A stretch of 64,000 bases of DNA from Patescibacteria group bacterium (GTDB lineage Bacteria > Patescibacteriota > Patescibacteriia > JAXHNJ01). This document shows positions 9,551 to 18,994 of the stretch, piece after piece. The notes under the pieces were generated by a model that was given only the letters and a program-made list of their open reading frames with translations, did not search any database and was not told the DNA's origin. Numbering within the stretch: the stretch's first letter is position 1; every line of letters starts with the position of its first letter. A program made the translations under genes and the position numbers. Location: assembly GCA_043812155.1 (NCBI GenBank), contig JBDRMK010000011.1, positions 16,111 to 80,110 on the forward strand, read 5' to 3'.

Positions 9551-10735
9551 ATGTTCGATTTTAAAGAGTCGTTACAAAAAGAAATCGGCGAGATCAAGGC
9601 CAATAACCTTTATAAGCAGGAAAGGTTCATTGAAGGCCCCCAAGGAGCGGAGATAGAAGTGGGAGGCAAAAAGGTTTTGAACTTCTGCGCTAATAATTAT
9701 TTAGGGCTGGCGAATAATCCGAAAGTGGTTAAAGCCGCCGAAGCCGCTTTGAAAAAGTGGGGCTATGGCTTGTCCTCGGTCCGTTTTATCTGCGGCACCC
9801 AAACTATCCACAAAGAGCTGGAAAAGAAAATTTCGGAATTCTTAGGCACGGAAGACACGATTGTCTATGCTTCCTGCTTTGACGCCAACGGCGGGCTTTT
9901 TGAAACCATCCTTAAAGCCGATGACGCGGTCATTTCTGATGAATTAAACCATGCGAGCATTATTGACGGGGTCAGGCTCTGCAAAGCCCAGCGTTTTGTC
10001 TTCAAGCATATGGATTATCCGGATTTGGAAGCCAAGCTCAAAGAATGCCAAAATATGAGGCGCCGGCTGGTAGTGACGGATGGCGTATTCAGCATGGACG
10101 GCGACATCGCCGATTTAAAATCAATGGCCGACTTGTGTGATAAATATAAAGCCTTATTAGTGGTTGATGATTCCCATGCCACGGGTTTTACCGGCGAAAA
10201 CGGCAAAGGCACTCATGAGCATAATAACGTAATGGGCCAGGTGGATATTATAACTTCCACTTTAGGCAAGGCACTCGGAGGCGCCACCGGCGGTTTTACT
10301 TCCGGGAGAAAAGAAATCGTGGATTATCTGCGCCAGCGCTCCCGGCCTTATCTATTTTCCAATTCTTTGGCGCCGATGATCACGGCTACTTCCATTGCGG
10401 TGATTGATATGTTGAGCGAGAACAAACAGGCTTTAACGACCTTAAAAGAAAATACCGCCTATTACCGGGAGAAGATGACCGCCGCGGGTTTTGACATCCG
10501 TAAAGGCACCCATCCAATTTGTCCAGTCATGCTTTATGATGCCGGTTTGGCCCAGAATATGGCCAAGGAATTGCTAACCGAAGGCATATACGTCATTGGT
10601 TTCTTCTTTCCGGTTGTTCCTCAAGGCAAGGCCAGAATCCGCGTTCAGATTTCCGCCGCCCATACCAAGGCGCATTTGGACAAGGCGATTGAGGCGTTTA
10701 TCAAAGTGGGGAAGAAACTTGGCGCAATAAAATAA
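9551..10735 (+). CDS. kbl: glycine C-acetyltransferase (2-amino-3-ketobutyrate CoA ligase)
   Basis: class II aminotransferase/AONS family, full-length Kbl-like incl. PLP Lys region ..STLGKALGG.. Confidence 0.8.
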   Translation: MFDFKESLQKEIGEIKANNLYKQERFIEGPQGAEIEVGGKKVLNFCANNYLGLANNPKVVKAAEAALKKWGYGLSSVRFICGTQTIHKELEKKISEFLGTEDTIVYASCFDANGGLFETILKADDAVISDELNHASIIDGVRLCKAQRFVFKHMDYPDLEAKLKECQNMRRRLVVTDGVFSMDGDIADLKSMADLCDKYKALLVVDDSHATGFTGENGKGTHEHNNVMGQVDIITSTLGKALGGATGGFTSGRKEIVDYLRQRSRPYLFSNSLAPMITATSIAVIDMLSENKQALTTLKENTAYYREKMTAAGFDIRKGTHPICPVMLYDAGLAQNMAKELLTEGIYVIGFFFPVVPQGKARIRVQISAAHTKAHLDKAIEAFIKVGKKLGAIK

Positions 10736-11223
10736 TGATAAAATTTCTCATTACCGGCGGCACGATTGATGATTTGGAATATCAGTCTTTGAAAGACGAG
10801 CCAAAATATCACAATAGTCTAATTCCGGAGGTTTTGAAAAAAAATCATCCGGACTTAGATTACGTAGTTGATATTATCATGCAGAAAGACAGCAAATTTT
10901 TTGCGGAAAAAGATCGGCAATTAGTTGCCCGCAAATGTTTAGAGGCGAAAGAAGATAAAATAATTATTACCCATGGTACGGCCACGATGGTGAAAACAGC
11001 GGAATATCTTGGAAATCAGAGGATTAATAAGACTATAGTTTTAGTGGGAGCTTTTATCCCGGTTAATAAAGAAGGGACAGATGCTTTGTTAAATCTGAAA
11101 ACAGCGATTAAGGGAGCGCAGAAATTAACAAACGGCGTTTATGTGGCTATGAATGGCCAAATATTTAACTGGAATAACGTCAGAAAAAATCCGGAGAAAA
11201 GGGTATTTGAAACCATAAAATAA
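10735..11223 (+). CDS. asparaginase/glutaminase-family N-terminal-domain-only protein
   Basis: ..ITGGTID.. catalytic Thr motif, ..ITHGTATM.., ..VLVGAFIP.., ..DALLNL..; no C-terminal domain (162 aa). Confidence 0.5.
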   Translation: MIKFLITGGTIDDLEYQSLKDEPKYHNSLIPEVLKKNHPDLDYVVDIIMQKDSKFFAEKDRQLVARKCLEAKEDKIIITHGTATMVKTAEYLGNQRINKTIVLVGAFIPVNKEGTDALLNLKTAIKGAQKLTNGVYVAMNGQIFNWNNVRKNPEKRVFETIK

Positions 11224-11275
11224 AGGGATTGCCGTGTTTATTAAAGTGGGGAAGAAGCTGGGAGCGATTAAGTAG
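11224..11275 (+). pseudogene. relic duplicate of the kbl 3' end (encodes ..[15 protein letters not shown] versus kbl ..[15 protein letters not shown])
   Basis: ~75% nt identity to 10686-10735, differences mostly synonymous. Confidence 0.5.
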
Positions 11276-11282
11276 ATTAAAT

Positions 11283-11450
11283 CCTAAATCCGAAATCCGA
11301 ATTTCTAAACAAATAATAAATTCCAAATCCTAAATCATAAACTGGTTTGGGGAATTGGAATTTTGAGCTTCTCCTTCAGAGGCGGATCCGCCTTGGGCGG
11401 AGAATTAGTTTAGGATTTAGATATTTGTGCTTCGAATTTAAAAGCCGTTC
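11283..11450 (+). repeat. AT-rich low-complexity element with GC-rich palindromic core CAGAGGCGGATCCGCCTTGGGCGGAGAA (family also at 36700-36890)
   Basis: 34-nt identical core in both copies; flanking AAATCCTAAAT / ATTTAGGATTT inverted words. Confidence 0.45.
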
Positions 11451-11705
11451 GGCAAAACCCGGGCGGTTTTGGGCAAAAGAAAAAAGGGAGAGTTTTAAGT
11501 CCTCTCCCTAGCGCGACAGAATACTTTCCAGGCCGAGCAGATATATTATTTATGTCAACGCGTTAAAAAATTTAGTAGTTTACTTTAAGTGTTAAGCATG
11601 TGTTGGAGGTCTCCGCCTACGCTCTTCATTTTATTCAGAGCTTCGGCGGACAGGCGGGGGAAAATTTAGCAGATAAAATAAGTTTTCAGAAAAACGCGGG
11701 GGTCC

Positions 11706-11782
11706 GGGGGTTTTGCTTCGAGCTTCCGTAAGGGCCTTAAGTATTTACTATAGACTTCCTTGGGCGAGTCAAAACCCCCGGA
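11706..11782 (+). repeat. 12-bp perfect inverted repeat CCGGGGGTTTTG ... CAAAACCCCCGG enclosing ~53 nt; adjacent hairpin CAACTTTTGgttaCAAAAGTTG
   Basis: seen in sequence. Confidence 0.4.
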
Positions 11783-11867
11783 ACTTTTGCAACTTTTGGT
11801 TACAAAAGTTGAAATACATCGGTACAGACAAAAAATAGAGTAGGGGATAATCAAAAAAGACTGTCTA

Positions 11868-11910
11868 CCCTTCGAGGCTCCGGCTTCGCCTCCGCACCTC
11901 AGGGTGACAG
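11868..11910 (+). repeat. hairpin repeat family (inverted copy at 40637-40670)
   Basis: reverse complement matches TGTCACCCTGAGGTGCG...GCCTCGAAGGGT. Confidence 0.4.
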
Positions 11911-12043
11911 TTAGGTAAAAATCGAGTTTTGAGTTTAAATATTTGAACTTTGAATTTGTTTTGGATTTAGGATTTAGTGCTTTGGATTTTCTGATAACAA
12001 AAGATCCCCTTTATTTAGGGAATCTCTTTGTCTATATATAAAA

Positions 12044-12994
12044 TTACCCCAATTTTTTCTTTAATTCAGTAATCATAACATTCGTCATCTTGGCCAAGTC
12101 ATATTCGTGCTGCCAGCCCCAGTCAGACCTGGCGGCAGAGTCGTCAATTGATTTCGGCCAGGAATCGGCGATCGCTTGCCGGAAATCCGGCTCGTAAGTG
12201 ACTTTAAAATCAGGATAGTGTTTTTTAATTTCCTCATAAACTTCCTTAGGCGTGAAACTGATCGCGGCCAGGTTGTAGCTGGTTCTTTCCTTGATATTTT
12301 CCTTTGGCGCTTCCATCAGGTCAATCGTGGCTTTGACCGCATCATCCATGTACATCATAGGCAGCCTTGAGTCTTCTTTAAGAAAGCACTGGTAATCATT
12401 TCCTTTGACCGCTTCGTAATAAATAGCGACCGCGTAATCCGTGGTGCCGCCGCCGGGTTCGGTTTTCCAGGAAATGATGCCGGGATATCTTAAACTGCGG
12501 ACATCCAGCCCCTTTTTTAGAAAATAATACTGGCAGAGAAGCTCGCCCGCCACTTTATTTACCCCATACATAGTTGTTGGCTCTAAAATGGTTTTTTGCG
12601 GCGTATTGTCGCGGGGAGTGGTCGGACCGAAAGCGGCGATTGAGGAAGGCCAGAAAAGTTTTTCAATCTTATTTTTTTCCGCCAGATCCAGAACGTTCTT
12701 CAAACCTTCAACATTGACCTTCCAGGCCAATTCCGGATTCTGCTCGCCTTTGGCGGATAGAATGCCGGCTAAGTGATAAATAACATTTATATTTTCCTCA
12801 TTGATTATTCTGGCTATGGCTTCGCGGTCAGTGGCGTCTAAAACCATATTTTGCCCGCCGGGGAAAAGACGATCCAACAAGGTCTCGTTAAGGTCAGAGG
12901 CGATGATATTTTCTTGGCCGAATTTTTTTTGCAAAGTGGGCACTAATTCAGAGCCGATCTGGCCGGCGGCGCCGGTAACGAGAATTTTTTTCAT
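12044..12994 (-). CDS. tdh: NAD-dependent epimerase/dehydratase-fold L-threonine 3-dehydrogenase (SDR-type TDH)
   Basis: MKKILVTGAAGQIGSEL.. N-terminus typical of SDR-type TDH; partner enzyme kbl 1.3 kb away. Confidence 0.55.
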   Translation of the reverse strand: MKKILVTGAAGQIGSELVPTLQKKFGQENIIASDLNETLLDRLFPGGQNMVLDATDREAIARIINEENINVIYHLAGILSAKGEQNPELAWKVNVEGLKNVLDLAEKNKIEKLFWPSSIAAFGPTTPRDNTPQKTILEPTTMYGVNKVAGELLCQYYFLKKGLDVRSLRYPGIISWKTEPGGGTTDYAVAIYYEAVKGNDYQCFLKEDSRLPMMYMDDAVKATIDLMEAPKENIKERTSYNLAAISFTPKEVYEEIKKHYPDFKVTYEPDFRQAIADSWPKSIDDSAARSDWGWQHEYDLAKMTNVMITELKKKLG

Positions 12995-13121
12995 AGTTTT
13001 TTATTAACGATATTAACCTTGTTATTATAGCAATAATATATTCATTTTTCAATGATATATTGACTTATCAGGCCTTATAAAATAGAATTACTAAGTAATA
13101 ATAATTTCACAAAAAAAACAT

Positions 13122-13844
13122 ATGAAAGGCGTTATTTTAGCCGGAGGGACAGGCTCAAGGCTTAATCCTTTAACCAAAGTCACAAACAAGCATTTATTGC
13201 CGGTTTATAACCAGCCGATGATTTACTATCCTTTAAAGACTTTAAGCGAAGCCGGCTTGAACGAAATAATGATCGTCTCCGGACCGGGGCACGCCGGACA
13301 TTTTTTAAATCTCCTGGGTTCCGGCCGGGAATTCGGGGTCAAGCTTACCTATGAAATTCAGGAAGAAGCCGGGGGCATTGCCCAGGCTTTAAGGCTCGCC
13401 CAGGATTTCGCGGATAACGAAAAAATCGCCGTGATCTTAGGGGATAATATTTTTGAAGATAAATTTGCCGCGGAAATAAAAGGTTTCACCGAAGGGGACG
13501 GGGGAGCGATGGTTTTTTTGAAAGAAGTAAGCGATCCGGAAAGATTTGGCGTGGCCACCATTCAAGGGAATAAGATCATAAAAATTGTGGAGAAACCAAA
13601 AACTCCGGAAAGCCGTTATGCGGTCACTGGCCTTTATCTCTATGATAATGAAGTGTTTAAGGTGATCAAAACTTTAAAACCCTCGGCCCGGGGGGAGCTG
13701 GAAATAACGGATGTGAATAATTATTACATTAATAACGGCTTGATGAAATACACTATCGTCCAGAATTCCTGGACGGACGCGGGGACTTTTGATTCGTTGC
13801 AACGGGCGACAAATTTAGTGGCGGAACGGGAAAAACAAAAATAG
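13122..13844 (+). CDS. rfbA: glucose-1-phosphate thymidylyltransferase (short form)
   Basis: MKGVILAGGTGSRLNPLTKVTNKHLLPVYNQPMIYYPL.. RmlA N-terminus. Confidence 0.75.
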   Translation: MKGVILAGGTGSRLNPLTKVTNKHLLPVYNQPMIYYPLKTLSEAGLNEIMIVSGPGHAGHFLNLLGSGREFGVKLTYEIQEEAGGIAQALRLAQDFADNEKIAVILGDNIFEDKFAAEIKGFTEGDGGAMVFLKEVSDPERFGVATIQGNKIIKIVEKPKTPESRYAVTGLYLYDNEVFKVIKTLKPSARGELEITDVNNYYINNGLMKYTIVQNSWTDAGTFDSLQRATNLVAEREKQK

Positions 13845-13848
13845 AATA

Positions 13849-15180
13849 TTACAGGATAATCAAATTAATTAGGTCGTCAGATTTATTCTGGCCGTTTTGT
13901 ATTAATAAAGTGATCTCTTTGGCTGAAGGAAGATTTAGTATTTCGGCTTTTTCCGAGTAGAGCAAATTACTATTAATCGTTCCTCTTAGGTCGCATTCAA
14001 TGGCTTTGATAGATTGGTCAGAATTATATATTATATATTCGCTGTTGGGATACCAATAAACTTGGTCAATATTTTTACTTTGGCGGGTGATTAAATTTTC
14101 CTCATCCTTGGTCAGATCATAGGTAAAAATTTCATGCTCATTATTGTAGAGCAGTTTTTTTTGGTTTGGCGAAAGAAGAGACTGACTGATCGCGTGATTA
14201 AAGCAAGTATTTTGATTTTCCTGATTGACCGAAAAAATGCAAAAAGATTGGTTGTCTTTGACGATGAATAGATTCTCGCTTTCCAGGGTTAAAAAATTGT
14301 GGGTGATGTCATTGTATATATTTATGAATCGTTCTTCATTTTTTGCCAAATCCAGCCGGATTAGTTCGGTCGTTTTTTCTTCCGATGTAAGGTAATAGAG
14401 ATAATTATTTTTAACAATAAAATCACGGGCTGGTTTTTGGTTAAGGGCCTGGATTTTTTTATTATAGGGATCGATCCGGTAAATTAAGTCACCCGAAAGC
14501 CCGTATATATTGGAATGACTGACTATCAAATTATTAAAAATTTGGATGGTGAAAGAAGAAAATTTTGTCTTAACGCCTTTAATAAGATCGAAAAGCATTA
14601 AGTCATTTTTCCCCTGTTCTAAAATCCTAGCTACCAAAAATTTATTTTCACCCCAATTTAGGTCAATAATTTCCTCTTCGATATTTTCCTCGATGATTTT
14701 TATTGTTTTGTTTACAGGGTTTATTATTTTTAATGATTTTATGCCATTGCTTTCGGTAATAACCGCTATTTGTGAAGATGAAGTCGAGCTTTTAGCGAAA
14801 AGTATTTTTTCTGATATTAATAAATCTTTTTTAGGGTTATTTTTAAAAAGAACCACTTGGTCGGCAAAAGTCGTGTAATGGGCGAAAATATTCAGTTTTT
14901 TTTGCCAAGACTGGTAGCCTGTTTTTTTTAAAGTTAACAAATATTCCCCCGGTTTTAGGTTGGACAGGCGGGTCGGCGTCCTTTTTTTAGTCAGTAATCC
15001 GTCAAGATAGATATCAGCGTTTTCCGGCTTTGAGGAAACGTAAAAAAGTCCTGTTTTTACGATTTTACGCTCAAAAAGCTTAAAATTATAGCCTAAGGCC
15101 CGAAAAATGATCAGCGGGCCGGCCACCAAAAATATGAGGATAAGGCTTAAGTAGAAGAGGCGACGTTTTTTCGGGCTCAT
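13849..15180 (-). CDS. membrane-anchored PEGA-domain protein with repeat-rich C-terminal region
   Basis: N-terminal TM, PEGA-like ..ADIYLDGLLTKKRTPTRLSNLKPGEYLLTLKKTGYQSW.. Confidence 0.5.
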   Translation of the reverse strand: MSPKKRRLFYLSLILIFLVAGPLIIFRALGYNFKLFERKIVKTGLFYVSSKPENADIYLDGLLTKKRTPTRLSNLKPGEYLLTLKKTGYQSWQKKLNIFAHYTTFADQVVLFKNNPKKDLLISEKILFAKSSTSSSQIAVITESNGIKSLKIINPVNKTIKIIEENIEEEIIDLNWGENKFLVARILEQGKNDLMLFDLIKGVKTKFSSFTIQIFNNLIVSHSNIYGLSGDLIYRIDPYNKKIQALNQKPARDFIVKNNYLYYLTSEEKTTELIRLDLAKNEERFINIYNDITHNFLTLESENLFIVKDNQSFCIFSVNQENQNTCFNHAISQSLLSPNQKKLLYNNEHEIFTYDLTKDEENLITRQSKNIDQVYWYPNSEYIIYNSDQSIKAIECDLRGTINSNLLYSEKAEILNLPSAKEITLLIQNGQNKSDDLINLIIL

Positions 15181-15320
15181 TTTGACTTTATATTATTTTT
15201 CCGATAAACTAGATGTTATTAGTCCCCTTAATCCCATATGAGCAATATGGGGACACCGCTGTTATTTTAACAGAAATAAGAGAACGGGCAAGTAATGGTC
15301 GGGCAAAAATAATATCATAT

Positions 15321-16577
15321 ATGCCGGAAATTTATAAAAAAAATTCATCGCCAAAAGTCGTTTACGGCATTATTCTGATAGTGGCCGTGATTTTTGGTTT
15401 TTTCGGCGGGGTATATTTTGGTTTAAAGATTAATAATCAAGCTGACACTAACGCCAGTTTGCAGACGGTGATTTCCCAGTTAAGCGGTCAAAACACGGGC
15501 ATAGATTTTTCTTTGTTTAAAAAGGTTTGGGATGATGTGCGGACTTTTTATATCAGACAGCCGGTGGATGAGAAGAAACTGTTTTACGGGGCCCTGACCG
15601 GGTTGGTGGCTTCCTTAGATGATCCCTATTCTAATTTTTTAGATCCGGAAACGACCAAGGCTTTTAACAGCGAATTTTCCGGCAGTTTTGAAGGCATCGG
15701 AGCGGAGATCGGGATTAAAAACGATCAGCTTGTGATTATTGCCCCCCTGCCTGGCTCTCCCGCCGAAAAAGCGGGATTAAAATCAAAAGACCAGATTTTA
15801 CAAATTGACGGCCAAGAAACGAACAGTTTTTCCCTTGATTACGCCACTTCGTTGATCCGGGGAAAAAAAGGAACGGAAGTTACGCTCCTGATTTTATCCG
15901 AAGGTGACACGGAGGCCAGGGAGGTGGCCATTACGCGGGACGAAATAAAAGTGAATAGCGTGCGTCAATCGGTAAAAAACGCCGGAGAAAATGGCCGCTA
16001 TAAATTAGGTTATATTGAGTTGATGACTTTTGGCGATGACACGGAAAAAGAATTCAAAAATGCGGCTAATCTATTGGTTGGCCAAGGCATTAATGGTATA
16101 ATATTAGATCTAAGAAATAATTCCGGCGGATATTTGGAAACGGCCGTTACGGTCGCCTCCCAATTTATTGATAAAGGAGCGATAGTCAATGAAGAATTTT
16201 CCGATCAAACTAAAAAATCATACGAGGCCCAAGGTTTCGCTCCGCTGGCTGATTACCCGGTGGTCGTTCTTATCAATGGAGGGACGGCTTCCGCCGCCGA
16301 AATTGTGGCGGGGGCGTTAAGAGATTATGAAAAAGCGGTCTTGGTGGGGGAAACATCTTTTGGTAAGGGTTCTGTCCAGGAATACCAGCAATTATCCGAC
16401 GGCTCTTCCCTAAAAATTACGACGGCCAAATGGCTGACGCCTAAAGGTCAGTCATTGAACGAAGAAGGCATTGAGCCGGATTATGCGGTCGAATTAAGCG
16501 CGGATGATTTTAATAACGACAAAGATCCTCAACTGGATAAAGCGCTGGAGATTCTGGCGGACAAGCTGAATAAATAA
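15321..16577 (+). CDS. ctpA: carboxyl-terminal processing peptidase (S41) with PDZ domain; ORF-track start 15213 likely too far upstream
   Basis: PDZ ..IAPLPGSPAEKAGLKSKDQILQIDG.., S41 ..LDLRNNSGGYL.. and ..GETSFGKG..; signal-anchor after Met at 15321. Confidence 0.8.
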   Translation: MPEIYKKNSSPKVVYGIILIVAVIFGFFGGVYFGLKINNQADTNASLQTVISQLSGQNTGIDFSLFKKVWDDVRTFYIRQPVDEKKLFYGALTGLVASLDDPYSNFLDPETTKAFNSEFSGSFEGIGAEIGIKNDQLVIIAPLPGSPAEKAGLKSKDQILQIDGQETNSFSLDYATSLIRGKKGTEVTLLILSEGDTEAREVAITRDEIKVNSVRQSVKNAGENGRYKLGYIELMTFGDDTEKEFKNAANLLVGQGINGIILDLRNNSGGYLETAVTVASQFIDKGAIVNEEFSDQTKKSYEAQGFAPLADYPVVVLINGGTASAAEIVAGALRDYEKAVLVGETSFGKGSVQEYQQLSDGSSLKITTAKWLTPKGQSLNEEGIEPDYAVELSADDFNNDKDPQLDKALEILADKLNK

Positions 16578-16581
16578 TTTT

Positions 16582-16857
16582 ATGGCGTTAAGAGCGGACA
16601 TTATTCTTAAAGGAAGGGTCCAAGGGGTGAATTTGCGGGCGATGATAAAAATAATGGCTTTAAGCTTGAATCTCAAGGGTTATGTAAAAAATGAGGATAA
16701 CGGCACAGTCCATATAGTTATCGAAGGCGGGAAAGACGACATTGATTCCTTTTTCCGCTTGTTAAAGAATTACCGAGGCCCCGGGAAAGTAGAAGAAATA
16801 AATGATAATTGGTCAGAAGAACAGCCGGAATTTAGTGATTTTACTATTAAATATTAA
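16582..16857 (+). CDS. acyP: acylphosphatase
   Basis: ..GRVQGVNLRA.. acylphosphatase signature, 91 aa. Confidence 0.65.
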   Translation: MALRADIILKGRVQGVNLRAMIKIMALSLNLKGYVKNEDNGTVHIVIEGGKDDIDSFFRLLKNYRGPGKVEEINDNWSEEQPEFSDFTIKY

Positions 16858-16866
16858 TATTTAATT

Positions 16867-17313
16867 ATGAAAGTAATACTCCTAAAAAATATCGATAAGA
16901 TCGGGGATCAGGGGGAGATTAAGGAGGTTTCTTCAGGCTTTGCCAGAAATTTTTTATTAGCCAAAGGCTGGGCGGAAAAAGCGACCCCGGAGAAAATTGA
17001 TTTGGCCAAAGCCAGGGCTAAAAAACAGGATGTTAGAAAAGAACACCGGGATAAAAAACAAAGTGAAGTGATCCGAAAACTTAAAGAAAAGCCCCTTGTA
17101 TTTTTAAAGAAAGCCAATGAAGCCGGCCATCTTTTCGCCGGTTTGCATGAAAATGAGATACTTGATAAAATTAAGCAAGAGACAGGTGTTAGCTTGAAAA
17201 AAGAAAATATAAAGATTTCGGAAAGTTTGAAAAAATTGGGAAAAGCCTCCATTAAGATCATCCTTGCCAAAGATACCAGCTTTGACTTGTCTATAAATAT
17301 TGAAAAAGAATGA
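16867..17313 (+). CDS. rplI: 50S ribosomal protein L9
   Basis: MKVILLKNIDKIGDQGEIKEVSSGFARNFLLAKGWA.. L9 N-domain. Confidence 0.85.
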   Translation: MKVILLKNIDKIGDQGEIKEVSSGFARNFLLAKGWAEKATPEKIDLAKARAKKQDVRKEHRDKKQSEVIRKLKEKPLVFLKKANEAGHLFAGLHENEILDKIKQETGVSLKKENIKISESLKKLGKASIKIILAKDTSFDLSINIEKE

Positions 17314-18942
17314 AAAAAAAAGTCAGTAAAATTCATTTTTGTGATGGGAGGAGTCCTTTCCGGGCTAGGGAAAGGGATCGCGGTTTCCTCCATTGCCATG
17401 CTTTTAAAAAGCAAAGGCTACAAAACTACCGCCATAAAAATTGACCCTTATGTTAACGTTGATGCCGGCACCATGAATCCGACCGAGCATGGCGAGGTTT
17501 TTGTGACCAAAGACGGCCTGGAGACCGATCAGGACCTGGGCAATTACGAGCGTTTTATCGGAGAAGAGCTGACAAGGGCCAATTACATGACGACCGGTTC
17601 GGTTTATCTTTCGGTTATCCAGCGGGAAAGGAATTTAGGCTATAACGGAAAATGCGTGGAGGTAGTGCCTCATATCCCTGATGAAGTGGTTCGCCGGATC
17701 ATGGTCTTGGCCCGGCAGTCAAAAGCCGAGATAATTCTGATCGAGATCGGGGGAACGGTCGGCGAATACCAGAATATATTATTTTTGGAGGCGGGCCGGA
17801 TGCTGCAACTGCGTTATCCCGGCTGCGTTCAGTTCGTTCTGGTCAGTTATTTGCCGATCCCGAATAAGATCGGTGAAATGAAAACAAAACCGACCCAATA
17901 CGCGGTCAGGACCTTGAATGCTTCCGGAATTCAGCCGGATTTTATTTTATGCCGGGCGGAAAAACCCCTGGATCAGCCGCGCAAGGAAAAGATTTCCTAT
18001 AACTGCAGCATGAAGCCGGATGATATTATCTCGGCGACGGACGTGGATTCCATTTACGAAGTGCCCTTGAATTTTGAAAAAGAGAAATTAGCCAATAAAA
18101 TTTTAAAAAAATTCAGCCTGAAGGAAAAAACAAGCGATCTTAAAGAGTGGAAAAAAATGTTTTACCGGTCAAAAAACGCCAAAAAGACCGTAAAAATCGG
18201 GATTGTCGGCAAATATTTCGGCATCGGCAGTTTTGTCCTGGCGGATTCCTATATTTCAGTGATCGAGGCCTTAAGGCATGGCGCCTGGCAAAACCAGGCC
18301 CGGCCGGTTTTATCCTGGATTAACGCCGAAGAATTCGAAAAAAATCCGGAAAAAATAAAAGAGCTTAAAGACTATGACGGTATTGTCGTTCCCCAGGGCT
18401 GGGGCGGCCGGGGGTCGGAAGGCAAGATCAGGGCGATCAAATTCGTTCGGGAGAATAAAATTCCCTATTTAGGCCTGTGCTACGGGATGCAGATGGCGGT
18501 GATTGAGTTCGCCCGCGGGGTGGCCAAATTGAAAAAAGCCAATTCATTGGAAGTCGATCCTAAAACCCCTTATCCCGTTATTCATATCATGCCTGACCAG
18601 GCGGAATATTTAAAGAAAAAACAATACGGCGGCACGATCCGTCTGGGCAACTGGCCTTGCAAGCTGGTTTCCGGCACTAAAGTTTCCCAAGCTTATCAGG
18701 GCCAAAGAATAGTTTCGGAAAGGCACCGCCACCGCTACGAGTTTAATAACGTTTATCGCCAGAAATTCGAAAAATTAGGCTTGATCATTTCCGGGACTTC
18801 TCCGGACGGCAAGCTGGTGGAGGCGGTAGAATTGAAAAACCATCCTTTCTTCGTGGGCGTGCAGTTTCATCCGGAGTATAAATCCACGCCTTTAAATCCC
18901 CACCCACTTTTTCAGGCATTTGTTAAAGCTTGTTTAAAATAA
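17310..18942 (+). CDS. pyrG: CTP synthase; true N-terminus (MKKSVKFIFV..) reachable only by removing one A from the A9 tract 17313-17321; ORF track starts at GTG 17341
   Basis: GGVLSGLGKGI P-loop, glutamine amidotransferase C-domain (..GLCYGMQ.., ..HRHRYE..); ATG at 17310 overlaps rplI stop (ATGA). Confidence 0.85.
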
Positions 18943-18943
18943 A

Positions 18944-18988
18944 ATCACCCCAAATATTTATCAAGGGTTATAGATGGGTGATTTTTTC
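18944..18988. terminator. bidirectional rho-independent terminator between convergent pyrG and rpmA
   Basis: ATCACCC...GGGTGAT stem followed by T6. Confidence 0.6.
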
Positions 18989-18994
18989 GTTTGG

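Noticed and set aside
10735-11223. Calling the 162-aa protein a full L-asparaginase
   Set aside because: Only the N-terminal catalytic domain is present. There is no C-terminal domain and no downstream continuation in any frame.
11680-11800. tmRNA / RNase P / SRP RNA in the 11.2-12.0 kb intergenic region
   Set aside because: G-runs and hairpins are superficially tmRNA-like (GGGGG..TTCGAG). No tRNA-like T-arm (GGTTCGAATCC) and no conserved P4 or domain IV motifs were found on either strand.
15213-15320. Upstream extension of ctpA from 15213
   Set aside because: It leaves only 33 bp for the divergent promoters, and the extension has no signal-anchor character. The Met at 15321 is followed by the TM/signal segment.
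16908-17414. 168-aa minus-strand ORF antisense to rplI
   Set aside because: Entirely overlaps the well-supported L9 gene, and its composition is antisense-like.
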